Source: an uncultured Thermoplasmata archaeon (GTDB lineage: Archaea > Thermoplasmatota > Thermoplasmata > UBA10834). Taken from it: 64,000 bases of DNA. The stretch lies in the NCBI GenBank assembly GCA_963719945.1, contig CAVRDX010000004.1, forward strand, positions 192,001 to 256,000. The letters are read 5' to 3'. Both the position numbers and the translations under genes were made by a program. Below the pieces are notes generated by a model. That model had not been told where the DNA came from. It did not search any database and saw only the letters and a program-made list of their open reading frames with translations. Shown piece after piece: positions 37,512 through 46,975 of the stretch; position 1 is the stretch's first letter, and the number at the start of each line of letters is the position of its first letter.

Positions 37512-38354
37512 TCACGCGAACGCTTTGCCATATACCTTGCGAGGGACATCGTTGTGTATCCGATGGGCCGCCTCCTCGCTCATGATCCCCTTATCCATGA
37601 GAGCCTTCGTCCGCTTGGGCACCGTTCCGATCGCAAGGACTGCGCCTGGTCGTGACGAGTCGTCCAAGAAGTCCGTCTCGAGCATGAACCGATCTCCCTT
37701 TGACAACGCCACCTGGACCGCAGATTTCCCTGCAAGCACCGAGGGTACGAGTCCGAAGTTCTCGTCCTCCTGGATCAGGGGAGGCGAATAGTGCTTCACG
37801 ACTCTGCCTGGTTCAAGGCCGACCGATTCCGCCATCTGGGCCAGCTCCTTCATGGATTCCGGGGTCGCTCCTTCCGTATGGAGTACGATCGCGCAGCCTG
37901 TGCGCCTAGCCAGCTGCATCCCATGGCGCAGGATATCGTTCGAGGCGTTCCAGACATCCGTGTCAACCGGGAAATGTGGTCGTCCAACCTCGCCTATCGC
38001 GAGGGCTTTTCCGTCGGCCACATATTCAGCGGCTATCTCCATGCCTTCCATCATGATCTGCTTGGCCGTCTCAAGCCCATATCTCCTCTGGAAACCAAGA
38101 AGCTCCACGGGATAGGGTCCGACCGTAGCGTACGCATGCAGCGAAGTCTCTTTGTTGACCCTGTCCTTGACGTTCACGGTCACATCGAAGGCGGTCCTGA
38201 AATCATCCGCCTTTGACACCTTGATGTGATCGTATGGAAGATGCGAGATTATCAGATGAGTGCCGCCGAGCTTCTCGAACTCCTTTGCCGAATCCACATT
38301 CCTTCCTTTGATAGGCTCCAAATGGACGTGGTTATCGAGTATTGGTATGGCCAT
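37512..38354 (-). CDS. TatD-like metal-dependent hydrolase
   Basis: DNHVH, AIGEVGRPH, LHTE, KHYSPP, FMLETDFLDD..RPGAVL. Confidence 0.9.
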   Translation of the reverse strand: MAIPILDNHVHLEPIKGRNVDSAKEFEKLGGTHLIISHLPYDHIKVSKADDFRTAFDVTVNVKDRVNKETSLHAYATVGPYPVELLGFQRRYGLETAKQIMMEGMEIAAEYVADGKALAIGEVGRPHFPVDTDVWNASNDILRHGMQLARRTGCAIVLHTEGATPESMKELAQMAESVGLEPGRVVKHYSPPLIQEDENFGLVPSVLAGKSAVQVALSKGDRFMLETDFLDDSSRPGAVLAIGTVPKRTKALMDKGIMSEEAAHRIHNDVPRKVYGKAFA

Positions 38355-38369
38355 AGTGTCTGCTCTCGG

Positions 38370-38594
38370 TCACTTGAAGAGTCCCGCAGATTTCAATTCT
38401 TCTGTTATCTTTTCGACAGCGGCTTCGACACCCTCAGGCTTCCTTGCCCCAGTGCAGATGAACTTGCCGCTTATGAAACGGGGTGTAGCTGTCTTTCGCG
38501 ACGATATCTGGCCTTCGTATCGTCTTTTGTCGGACCATGGGTCAGTTTGCGCACCCCATCGTGCCATGCTCAAGCCTTTTTGTTGGTGGTCCAT
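38370..38594 (-). pseudogene. TATA-binding protein remnant (single repeat)
   Basis: KTATPRFISGKFICTGARKPEGVEAAVEKITEELKSAGLFK matches the TBP F.SGK.VCTGA motif plus C-terminal helix; upstream part eroded. Confidence 0.75.
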
Positions 38595-38724
38595 CTTCGA
38601 CCGCGACGGGATCGCTGCTCATAGTCCTCGGGTCCATGCAACTTATTTATCAGCACACTCCGTTCCCATTCCCTGCAGTTGGCCAGTCTAGCCTGCTGCG
38701 TTCGGGCATCAGAGGTGTTCGTGG

Positions 38725-40377
38725 ATGGGAGATATCGATGCATCGCCAAGTGGTCCGGGTGTATTCCTCAGAGCGACCACTGGCATGGTCAGGGAGATGA
38801 AATGGCACGATGCCCTTTTCATCAACCTGCTCAACATGAGTCTAGGGGTTGGCGCAGCGTTTGTCATATTCCTAGGTCCAGGAATATTCCCGGGAGCTAA
38901 TGTCACACTTGGCCTGGTTCTGTGCGCGATTGGCTGCTTCTTCGGGATGTACTGTTTCTCGGCACTCACGGCTGCAATGCCACGTAGTGGAGGCGACTAT
39001 GTCTTCGTCAGCAGAGTCCTCCATCCATCAATCGGGTTCGGCTCCAGCTGGATGTGGGTCTTCTGGAACGTCGTCTGGTGCGCCATCCTCGGAACTTGGG
39101 TCGTGACTTGGGGCCTCAGGGACCTCTTCGGGATGCTGGGGGTCGTGAACAACGACCCGAATCTGCTCGACTGGGCCGACCGGTTGAGCCAGCCGGACCA
39201 TCCGATCACCTTCACGCTCACAGCCATGGTCGTCATACTATCCGGCGTGATGTTGGCGCTGGGGACCAAGTTATACCTGAGGGTGCAGGCAGTCTGTGCG
39301 ATAATCGGCCTCATCATGCTGGTCGTGGTCGCGGCCATCTTCCTCACGACCTCAAATCAGGAATTCTCATCGACCTGGGACCAATACGCGACCGGTCAGG
39401 GCGCTGCGGACTACAGTGAGACAGTGGCGGATGCCGCCTATGATTCCCCGTGGTACAATTACAGCGACTGGCAATTGACACTTGCCATCCTGCCAATAGG
39501 GTTATGGTCCCTCGCATATCCGTACTTCACGTCGTTCGTGGGCGGCGAGCTGAAGACTCCGAGAAGGACCGCATTGATCGGCAACATGGGCGCGTTGGTC
39601 ATCGGCGCGGCGTTCATCATCGGACTATGGTCGATAGTCACGAATACTCTGGGAGATACTTTCATACAGGGCACCTATGTACAGTTCTACGAATATGGCG
39701 CGACGAGCTATGGGATGCCCAGCGTATGGTTCGACTTCCATGCCGGCATCGCTTCGAAGAGCAGCGCAGCGGTCTATGTCATAGGTGTAGGTATGGTCGC
39801 ATGGCTGCTCATGTACCCGGCTCTGGCCTGTATCGGCCAGACAAGGGCCGCATTGGCATGGTCCATGGATAGGATAGTGCCGTCGTGGTTCGGGAAGGTT
39901 AGCGATAGATGGAATTCGCCCGTGAACGCGATCGTCTTCTTCACGATAATCAACATGATATACCTGGCATTCTACGCGAGATTCTCCGACTACCAGAGCG
40001 GCTTCACGGCAGTTCTCGGCCAAGCGCTCGCGACATTCACGCTCGTCGGTTTCGCTGCCATTCTCCTGCCATACAGGAAGAAGACAAAGAAGATCTACGA
40101 ATCCTCAGGGATGAATCACAAGATATTCGGAGTGCCGTTGATCACAATCTCTGGCATAATCTGGGTCGCATTCCTTTCGGTGAGCATCTGGTACTTCATG
40201 GTCGACCCCAACCTCGGAGCGACGGATTATTGGAGTCCAGTGACCAGATATTTCTCGCTCTATCTCACAGTGGCGATATTCTGTGCGGGGTTCGCGCTGT
40301 ACTGGGTGTCGAGATGGTATCGGAAGAAACATGGCGTGAACATCGACCTCGCCTTCGAACAGCTCCCGCCGGAGTGA
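38725..40377 (+). CDS. APC family amino acid permease
   Basis: FLRATTGMVRE, AMPRSGGDYVFVSR, GELKTP, AWSMDR, ends FEQLPPE. Confidence 0.92.
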   Translation: MGDIDASPSGPGVFLRATTGMVREMKWHDALFINLLNMSLGVGAAFVIFLGPGIFPGANVTLGLVLCAIGCFFGMYCFSALTAAMPRSGGDYVFVSRVLHPSIGFGSSWMWVFWNVVWCAILGTWVVTWGLRDLFGMLGVVNNDPNLLDWADRLSQPDHPITFTLTAMVVILSGVMLALGTKLYLRVQAVCAIIGLIMLVVVAAIFLTTSNQEFSSTWDQYATGQGAADYSETVADAAYDSPWYNYSDWQLTLAILPIGLWSLAYPYFTSFVGGELKTPRRTALIGNMGALVIGAAFIIGLWSIVTNTLGDTFIQGTYVQFYEYGATSYGMPSVWFDFHAGIASKSSAAVYVIGVGMVAWLLMYPALACIGQTRAALAWSMDRIVPSWFGKVSDRWNSPVNAIVFFTIINMIYLAFYARFSDYQSGFTAVLGQALATFTLVGFAAILLPYRKKTKKIYESSGMNHKIFGVPLITISGIIWVAFLSVSIWYFMVDPNLGATDYWSPVTRYFSLYLTVAIFCAGFALYWVSRWYRKKHGVNIDLAFEQLPPE

Positions 40378-40409
40378 GGCTCGCTCCTCATTCGATCGCG
40401 ACGAACGGT

Positions 40410-41462
40410 CTAGTATAGTCTGGCGTATCGTTTCAGGATGGCCACCGCTATGATGGTTATCCACTGGTCCTTCTCGGGGTTCGGTCTATCGGACACATGC
40501 CAGAAGCCGTCCTTGGATCTTGCCGAAATGAGCCATTTCATGGGTCTTTCGAGGCGTTCATCCTCGGGACCGTAGCCTATCCAGGTCAGCATGTTCAGGA
40601 CCGAAAGCCCGCTCCCGAGGTATGTGGGATATTTCAGTATGGTCCAGTTCTTTTCGGACTGGTAGAACGATGGGTGATGGTTCCGTTTGAAGAATCGGTC
40701 GAGTATGAAATCCACCCCCTTCTGCACAGCAGCTGTCTTATGTGTCGTGGCGCTGTATGTGAGTCCTCTGATGGCCATCACCGTGCTCCACACACAGCTA
40801 GGGATGTCGCTGTATTCCTTTGGATCATATGGCGGTGCATCTTCCCCCTCGATAAGGTCCAGGAACTTGCGTTTCTTCATGTGACTGTACTTCGGGAGGT
40901 TCCAGACGTCTTGGATGTATGGGATGTTCCAGCCGCCATCCGGACGCTGCACTTTCAGGATCCATCGCATCAATTTTCTGGCTCTCGGATCATCATCCAG
41001 GCCGAACTGCTGCATATTCCTTAGCGCGAAACCGTTGTAATACGGGAGCGGGAAAGCCTTCGTCCACGGTCCCGGGATGTACCCTTCCTTGGCTTGCCAC
41101 CCGAATATCTTCTCGAAAGATTCGCGCACATGCCCTTCCTCGATGACGGTCTTGTAGTCTCCGAGCATGTACTGATTCCTGAGGATCGTCACATAGGTCC
41201 AACCGATCGGAGGTCCAGGCCCTTTCTCCTCCTCGAGCCTCCTCTGTCTGGATATCGGCCAGGTGCCATCATCGTTCTGCGCGTTCAGAAGGCGCAGCTT
41301 CGGCACATACTCGTCGCACTCCCTCCTCGTCTGTCTCAGTATCGAATCATCTTTCGCCTTCTCCATGATCGAGTCGAGAAGCCAGTATTTGACCGGCGGA
41401 GACGATATCTGAAGCAGTTTCCTGGACGAATCTTCGATGATCCCGTTTATCTCAGCGAGCAT
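40410..41462 (-). CDS. QW-repeat (prenyltransferase/terpene cyclase-like toroid) hypothetical protein, paralogue 1
   Basis: QNDDGTW, QRPDGGW, RSKDGFW repeats. Confidence 0.75.
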   Translation of the reverse strand: MLAEINGIIEDSSRKLLQISSPPVKYWLLDSIMEKAKDDSILRQTRRECDEYVPKLRLLNAQNDDGTWPISRQRRLEEEKGPGPPIGWTYVTILRNQYMLGDYKTVIEEGHVRESFEKIFGWQAKEGYIPGPWTKAFPLPYYNGFALRNMQQFGLDDDPRARKLMRWILKVQRPDGGWNIPYIQDVWNLPKYSHMKKRKFLDLIEGEDAPPYDPKEYSDIPSCVWSTVMAIRGLTYSATTHKTAAVQKGVDFILDRFFKRNHHPSFYQSEKNWTILKYPTYLGSGLSVLNMLTWIGYGPEDERLERPMKWLISARSKDGFWHVSDRPNPEKDQWITIIAVAILKRYARLY

Positions 41463-41534
41463 TTCCTTTGAGCCATGAACATCATACCATCTGATATCTT
41501 TTCGGTCGGTGGTTGACCAGCACGAACTGCCCGC

Positions 41535-42587
41535 TCAGTACATGTTCGCGTATCTGGAGAGCGTGCTGATGGCTATCTCCGTGATCCATTGATTCTTCTC
41601 AGGGTCCGGCCTCTCGGACCTGTACCAGAAGCCATCCTTGGACCTCATCTTCAGAAGCCACCTCGCTGCCTTCTCCATGCGCTCATCCTCAGGACCGTAT
41701 CCCAATATGGCCAGGATTTCCAGAGCAGAGAGCCCGCTGCCGAGATACGTCGGATACTTCAAAGTCGTCCAGTTCTTCTCAGACTGCAGGAATGTCGAGT
41801 GATAGTTCCTTTTGAAGAAGCCGTCAATGAGAAAATCGGCGCCTCTCAGGATCTCCCTCCTCTTTATCATGCCTGGGTCCCAGACTGCCCCTCTTATGAC
41901 CGCGAGTGTGCTCCACAGGCAGCTCGGGATATGCTCGTACTCATCGGGGTCGTAAGCTGGCAGGTCCTCGCTCTCGATCAGTTTCATGAAATTCTTCATC
42001 TTCATGTGGGCATACTCTGGTCGGTAGCGCATATCCTGCAGATACGGAATGTTCCAACCGCCATCATGCCGTTGCATGCTCAACAGCCATTTCATGAGCT
42101 TTTTCACTCTCGGATCGTCCCGCAATCCGAACTCGAGCGAGTTCCTGAGGGCCAATCCGTTGTAGTGTGGTATCGGGAATGCGGCAGTGGTGGGGCCAGG
42201 AATGTACCCATCCTTGACCTGCCAGCCAAGCATCTTATCGAAGGAAGCTCGCACGTTGCCCTCGTCGATCTTGGTTGCGTACTCTCCGAGCATCAACTGG
42301 TTCCTCAACATGGTCGTGTACGTCCACCCGATCGGCGACCCAGACCCACGCTCTTCCTCCATCCTTCTCAATTTCGATATCGGCCATGTGCCGTCTTCGC
42401 GCAACGAACCCAGTAGGCGCAATCGAGGAGGATATATCTCGCACTCTTTGATTGCCTGCTTGAGGATCGGATCGTCAGTGTCCTTCTTCATCACGTCTGA
42501 AAGAAGCCAAAATCTCACAGGAGGGATCGATATCTGAAGGAGCTTCCTTGCAGATTCGTCAACTGCTCTTCGAATCTCTGTCAACAT
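41535..42587 (-). CDS. QW-repeat hypothetical protein, paralogue 2
   Basis: Same length (350 aa) and colinear with paralogue 1; QRHDGGW, RSKDGFW. Confidence 0.75.
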   Translation of the reverse strand: MLTEIRRAVDESARKLLQISIPPVRFWLLSDVMKKDTDDPILKQAIKECEIYPPRLRLLGSLREDGTWPISKLRRMEEERGSGSPIGWTYTTMLRNQLMLGEYATKIDEGNVRASFDKMLGWQVKDGYIPGPTTAAFPIPHYNGLALRNSLEFGLRDDPRVKKLMKWLLSMQRHDGGWNIPYLQDMRYRPEYAHMKMKNFMKLIESEDLPAYDPDEYEHIPSCLWSTLAVIRGAVWDPGMIKRREILRGADFLIDGFFKRNYHSTFLQSEKNWTTLKYPTYLGSGLSALEILAILGYGPEDERMEKAARWLLKMRSKDGFWYRSERPDPEKNQWITEIAISTLSRYANMY

Positions 42588-42676
42588 GGCTGTGCCGGAT
42601 GGTCAATGTCCTCGTGGGAAATCTCTTTTTCGTAGGTCGAATCCGAAGTTTTGATCATCCAAATTCAGCTCCATGA

Positions 42677-42973
42677 TCATGATCGAAGCCCGCATTCAAC
42701 CGCGAACTTGAAGTCCTTACCCTCTTCTTCTTGAACCTTCTTGTAGAAGTCGCAGTTCATGCAGATGATCACTTTGGGCACGAACGAACCAGTGGGTTCT
42801 CCTCCACAGAGTGTGCCAGCGATTGCCCAGCAGATCCGTCCGCCATTTTTTCCATGATTCATCCCGTCCGTTTGAGAGTACGTATATGCAGGGCATACTC
42901 CGCATTCGGATATCTTGATTCCATCGGGAAGTCGTTCGCAACCTTTGAACTCCCAGCAGTTCTGCACCCCCAT
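42677..42973 (-). CDS. two-CW domain Cys-rich protein
   Basis: NCWEFKGC...GVCPA...GGRICWAIAGTLC...CMNCDFY; GGTGAGG RBS before ATG 42973. Confidence 0.82.
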   Translation of the reverse strand: MGVQNCWEFKGCERLPDGIKISECGVCPAYTYSQTDGMNHGKNGGRICWAIAGTLCGGEPTGSFVPKVIICMNCDFYKKVQEEEGKDFKFAVECGLRS

Positions 42974-43157
42974 TTCCTCACCGCTCCTCACGCGCATCAG
43001 ATCGAGCACGATCTGGAGCACGGGATGACGGTACATTTCTGATAAGTCTTGCCATGACTTGGACCGGATTATTCGCTGAGATGTGCACGTGCAGATTCAA
43101 TGTGCTGGCATACCCAGATTCATCCTACTTAATGCAACAATACCGGGACCAAGAAAG

Positions 43158-43220
43158 GTATAAATACTCACGAGTTTATACTGACATTTGTCTGACAATT
43201 CGAACAATATCGTCCGACGA
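43158..43220 (+). promoter_or_regulatory. promoter with palindromic operators upstream of the RHH-ftsZ2 pair
   Basis: TATAAATA at 43159; TTGTCTGACAA (43188-43198) and TCGTCCGACGA (43210-43220), 22 bp apart. Confidence 0.55.
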
Positions 43221-43234
43221 CGGGAGACTTCCAA

Positions 43235-43549
43235 ATGGTCGAGTCAGAGCGGGTCACGATAAGACTACCGAATGAGCGCGTCCAGGCGCTCCAATCTCTA
43301 GTGGATCAGGGGAAGTTCTCCACGATATCCGATGCAATCAGAGCCGCTATCGACAAGTTCGTCGAGGGCGAGTTCACTCCGGAATATATAGAGAAGGTGA
43401 CGGTTGAGCTGCCTAAGGGCAACGTCGTGAACCTGAAGCAGCTGGTTCAGGACGGCGACTCCGTTTCTGTAGATGACGCCATCAGAAACGCTGTGCGCGA
43501 ATACATACGCAAGAGATTGTCACAAGCGATGCAAGAACTCGAAAGGTGA
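43235..43549 (+). CDS. double ribbon-helix-helix regulator (CdrS-like)
   Basis: Two RHH repeats: ERVTIRLP...SDAIRAAI and EKVTVELP...DDAIRNAVREY; directly upstream of ftsZ. Confidence 0.85.
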   Translation: MVESERVTIRLPNERVQALQSLVDQGKFSTISDAIRAAIDKFVEGEFTPEYIEKVTVELPKGNVVNLKQLVQDGDSVSVDDAIRNAVREYIRKRLSQAMQELER

Positions 43550-43644
43550 CGATCCCCAAAACGAGCGCAAAGGATGGGAATCAGATGGCCACGCACGCAT
43601 GTACGCATGAGCGAACGCCCTCTTCAGGGAGGTGCAATTAGCGC

Positions 43645-44694
43645 ATGCTCAACAAGTTGATCCAGGATGCCCTCGAGACGGAGCGTGACTTCGAGGCACA
43701 TCTTGCTCCGAAGATATGCGTCGTGGGCTGCGGTGGCGGCGGCTCTAACAGTGTGCACAGGATCAACAGGGTTGGACTAGAAGGCGTGGACACCATCGCC
43801 ATCAACACGGACAAGTTCCACTTGGCCAGAACCGATGCGATGAAGAGGATGCTCATTGGAGAGCATGCGACCTCCGGATATGGCACGGGCGGCGACCCGG
43901 AGATAGGCGAGAAGGTAGCGTATGACGCGATGGACAAGATAGAGGCGCTCGTGCGTGAATACGATATCGTGTTCGTCACAGCCGGCATGGGCGGCGGAAC
44001 GGGCACGGGAGTCGCTCCAGTCGTTGCGGAAGCAGCGCGCAGGCATGGCGCGATATCAGTCGCGCTCGTGACGATGCCCTTCGATATCGAGAAGGGAAGG
44101 TTGCGCGTAGCGTTCAACGGGATTGCGAAACTGAGAGAGAGAGCTCACAGCACGATCATACTCGACAACAACCGCCTGTTGAAGATCGTGCCCAAGTTGC
44201 CGGTCGAGCAGGCGTTCATGGTGATGGACCAGCTAATAGTCGAGGTCATCAAAGGCGTGACCGAGACGGTCTGCGAGACCAGCATGATCAATCTGGACTT
44301 CGCAGATTTCAGGAGCGTGATGCTCAAGGGTGGCGCGTCCACAGTGCTCTATGGTGAGAGCGAGGACGCCCAGAAGGTTGTCGCGGAGGCGATCAGCAAC
44401 CCGCTGCTGGATATCGACTTCGAAGGCGCAACAGGCGCGATGATCCACCTCACCGGTGGGCCATCGCTGTCCCTGCGGAAGGCGTACGAAGTCTTCAACG
44501 GAATCACGAACAAACTCGGTGATTGCGCTCACATCAAACTGGGTGCAAGAATAGATCCTGACATCGGCAACAGCATCAAGCTGATGGCGATAGTCACAGG
44601 CGTGCGGACGCCGGAAGATGCGGACGCGCTCAGACTCACAGGAATTGATGGGCTGAGCAGCACCCGGATCGCAATGGCAAACGTGTTAGGATGA
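43645..44694 (+). CDS. ftsZ: cell division protein FtsZ (FtsZ2-type)
   Basis: [34 protein letters not shown]; RHH gene upstream. Confidence 0.92.
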   Translation: MLNKLIQDALETERDFEAHLAPKICVVGCGGGGSNSVHRINRVGLEGVDTIAINTDKFHLARTDAMKRMLIGEHATSGYGTGGDPEIGEKVAYDAMDKIEALVREYDIVFVTAGMGGGTGTGVAPVVAEAARRHGAISVALVTMPFDIEKGRLRVAFNGIAKLRERAHSTIILDNNRLLKIVPKLPVEQAFMVMDQLIVEVIKGVTETVCETSMINLDFADFRSVMLKGGASTVLYGESEDAQKVVAEAISNPLLDIDFEGATGAMIHLTGGPSLSLRKAYEVFNGITNKLGDCAHIKLGARIDPDIGNSIKLMAIVTGVRTPEDADALRLTGIDGLSSTRIAMANVLG

Positions 44695-44725
44695 TATCCT
44701 CCCCCACATAAATAACACCAAAAAT

Positions 44726-44754
44726 GCGCCCCCTACCGTAACTTCGGGGGGCGC
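44726..44754. terminator. GC-rich hairpin between convergent ftsZ2 and trmJ
   Basis: GCGCCCCCT / GGGGGGCGC inverted repeat; T-tract follows on the minus strand. Confidence 0.45.
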
Positions 44755-44771
44755 CACAGACTTTTCCGATA

Positions 44772-45551
44772 TCACGGTTCAAGCTCAGTCTTCACATCGT
44801 CCTTCTTGGTCTTGGACGAGGTCTTCTTCGGTCTCTTCTTCTTTGGTAGCTCTCCCTGTGTCGCCTTCTTTATGGCGTTGTCCAGGACCCCCATGAGCGA
44901 ATGGAATTCCCAGGTCGATGGAACCGATCTCGACACGATCCGTCTGAACATGACCTTCGTCTTCGCCTTCTTGTGTTTGGGCCAATCGATGCAGTCGAGG
45001 AGCATGGCGAAGTACTCGTGCAGTTTCTCAGTCTCCATCTCCGAGGCCAGCTGCGGTTCCCATCTCTCCACACCTGTTGCGAAGAGCTCGTAGAACACTA
45101 TCGCTGCGGCATGGCTGATATTGAGTATTGTGTATTCTGGATTGGCCGGGATAGTGACGAGGAAGTCGCAACGCCTGAGGAGTTCCTTGTCGAGTCCGAA
45201 ATCCTCTCGGCCGAAAAGGATCGCGACGGTGCCATCGAACTCCTTGATCTTCGCAGAGAATTCCTTCGGCGTCATCGATATCCTTGCGAAGTGCTTCTCG
45301 TTGCAGGTGTCTATTCCCGAGGTGGCAACCACGAAGTCCACTCCCTGGAGAGCCTCCTCGTCGGTGAACACTCTCTTCGCGTTCTTCAGGATATCCGTGG
45401 CGTGCATCGCACGCTTGGTCGCCTCCTCGCCGATTGCACACGGTCTGACGAGCACCAATTCCTCGAGCCCGAAGTTCTTCATGGACCGCGCGATCGCCCC
45501 GACATTGCCGTCGTGCAACGGTTCCACCAGTACTACCCTGAAATGAGGCAC
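44772..45551 (-). CDS. trmJ: SPOUT tRNA methyltransferase, TrmJ family
   Basis: VVLVEP..GNVGAIARSMKNFG, LFGREDFGL, IPANPEY.ILNISHA. Confidence 0.9.
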   Translation of the reverse strand: MPHFRVVLVEPLHDGNVGAIARSMKNFGLEELVLVRPCAIGEEATKRAMHATDILKNAKRVFTDEEALQGVDFVVATSGIDTCNEKHFARISMTPKEFSAKIKEFDGTVAILFGREDFGLDKELLRRCDFLVTIPANPEYTILNISHAAAIVFYELFATGVERWEPQLASEMETEKLHEYFAMLLDCIDWPKHKKAKTKVMFRRIVSRSVPSTWEFHSLMGVLDNAIKKATQGELPKKKRPKKTSSKTKKDDVKTELEP

Positions 45552-45604
45552 GGCACCACGACAGATGCCCTAGGTATATAACTCTGTAGCAGATAATCTG
45601 GGGC

Positions 45605-46423
45605 GTGAGCAGCGAAGGGGAAATACGGGTCGCGCTTAAGGTCGCATACGATGGTACGAACTACTTCGGTTTCCAGAGACAGCCGGGCAGAGTGACAGTC
45701 GAAGGGGCACTCGTGACAGCGCTCGACAAGGTCGGTGCCATCAGCTCTCCGAGGGAGTGCGGGTACAGAAGTTCCAGCCGCACGGACCGAGGTGTGAGCG
45801 CCCTGGGAAACGTGATATCATTCCGCACATCATTCCCGCCGCGGTCCATATGCTCAGCGATCAACTCGGAGATGGAGGACATATGGGCGTATTCCATCGC
45901 TCGCGTCCCCGATGATTTCAATCCGCGGGCGGCAAGGCAACGATGGTATCGATATTATCTCCCCAAGGATGGGCAGAACCTTACAACAATGAAAGATCTG
46001 GCTGATAGATTCATCGGGATACATGATTTCTCGGCATATGCCACGAAGGCCGATAGGAATCCGATGAGGAAGATCGATTCGATCGACATCTCCGATGAGG
46101 GGATGTTCCATGCCATCGATTTCAGGGCGGAGAGTTTCCTTTGGAACATGATACGTCGGATCGTCTGGGTGATGAACGAGGGAAGCTCCGGCAGATTGGA
46201 CCTGGAGTCGATAGGGCCGGAGGCGAAGAAGAAGCTCATAAGGATCGGTCTTTCCCCACCCGAGTACCTCCTGTTAATGGATGTCGACTGTGGTGTGGAG
46301 TTCGAGCCGGACGAGCGCGCAAGGATACGCATAAGACGGATGGCAGAGCGGATGATGAAGAGCCATTCCATGAACCTGATATTCTCGAAGCATGTCCGCG
46401 ACCTATCTCTTCGCGGCTTGTGA
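45605..46423 (+). CDS. truA: tRNA pseudouridine(38-40) synthase
   Basis: AYDGTNYFGFQRQP, SRTDRGVSA, HDFS, SFLWNMIRRIV. Confidence 0.94.
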   Translation: MSSEGEIRVALKVAYDGTNYFGFQRQPGRVTVEGALVTALDKVGAISSPRECGYRSSSRTDRGVSALGNVISFRTSFPPRSICSAINSEMEDIWAYSIARVPDDFNPRAARQRWYRYYLPKDGQNLTTMKDLADRFIGIHDFSAYATKADRNPMRKIDSIDISDEGMFHAIDFRAESFLWNMIRRIVWVMNEGSSGRLDLESIGPEAKKKLIRIGLSPPEYLLLMDVDCGVEFEPDERARIRIRRMAERMMKSHSMNLIFSKHVRDLSLRGL

Positions 46424-46459
46424 AGGTTGATATGTGCGGAGACTCGTACGCACGTTAAG

Positions 46460-46975
46460 ATGAAAGTGGCAGTGACCGGGACTCCGGGAGTCGGGAAGAC
46501 CTCCGCGACCGCCCTCGTCCGCTCCATTCGCGTGATTCGGGTCAATGATCTAGTCGAAGAGTTCGACGCGGTCACGGGCATTGACGAGGAACGCGGTTCG
46601 AAGGAGGTGGATATCGATAAGCTCAAAGCCGCCGTATCGAAGATGGATGGGGATATGCTGCTTGAGGGACATCTCTCACACCTACTAGGGGTCGATATCG
46701 CCATCGTCCTGCGCTGCTCCCCGACAGTTCTATGCGAGCGCCTGGGAAGTCGAGGGTGGAGCGAAGACAAGGTACGAGAGAACATGGAAGCCGAAGCCGT
46801 CGATATCATCCTTGTCGAGGCGTTGGAGATCGTGCCGAAGGTATGCGAAATAGACGTCACCGACATGCCTTCCGAGGCTGTTGCCAAAGCAATCGAGGAA
46901 ATCATTGCCGGAGAAAGTGAAAAATATCCAGTTGGCAATGTTGATTGGAGCCAGGAGGTTCTTAGCTGGTTTTAG
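46460..46975 (+). CDS. adenylate kinase 6 / Fap7-like NMP kinase
   Basis: VTGTPGVGKT, EGHLSH, VLRC.P, KVRENMEAE. Confidence 0.9.
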   Translation: MKVAVTGTPGVGKTSATALVRSIRVIRVNDLVEEFDAVTGIDEERGSKEVDIDKLKAAVSKMDGDMLLEGHLSHLLGVDIAIVLRCSPTVLCERLGSRGWSEDKVRENMEAEAVDIILVEALEIVPKVCEIDVTDMPSEAVAKAIEEIIAGESEKYPVGNVDWSQEVLSWF

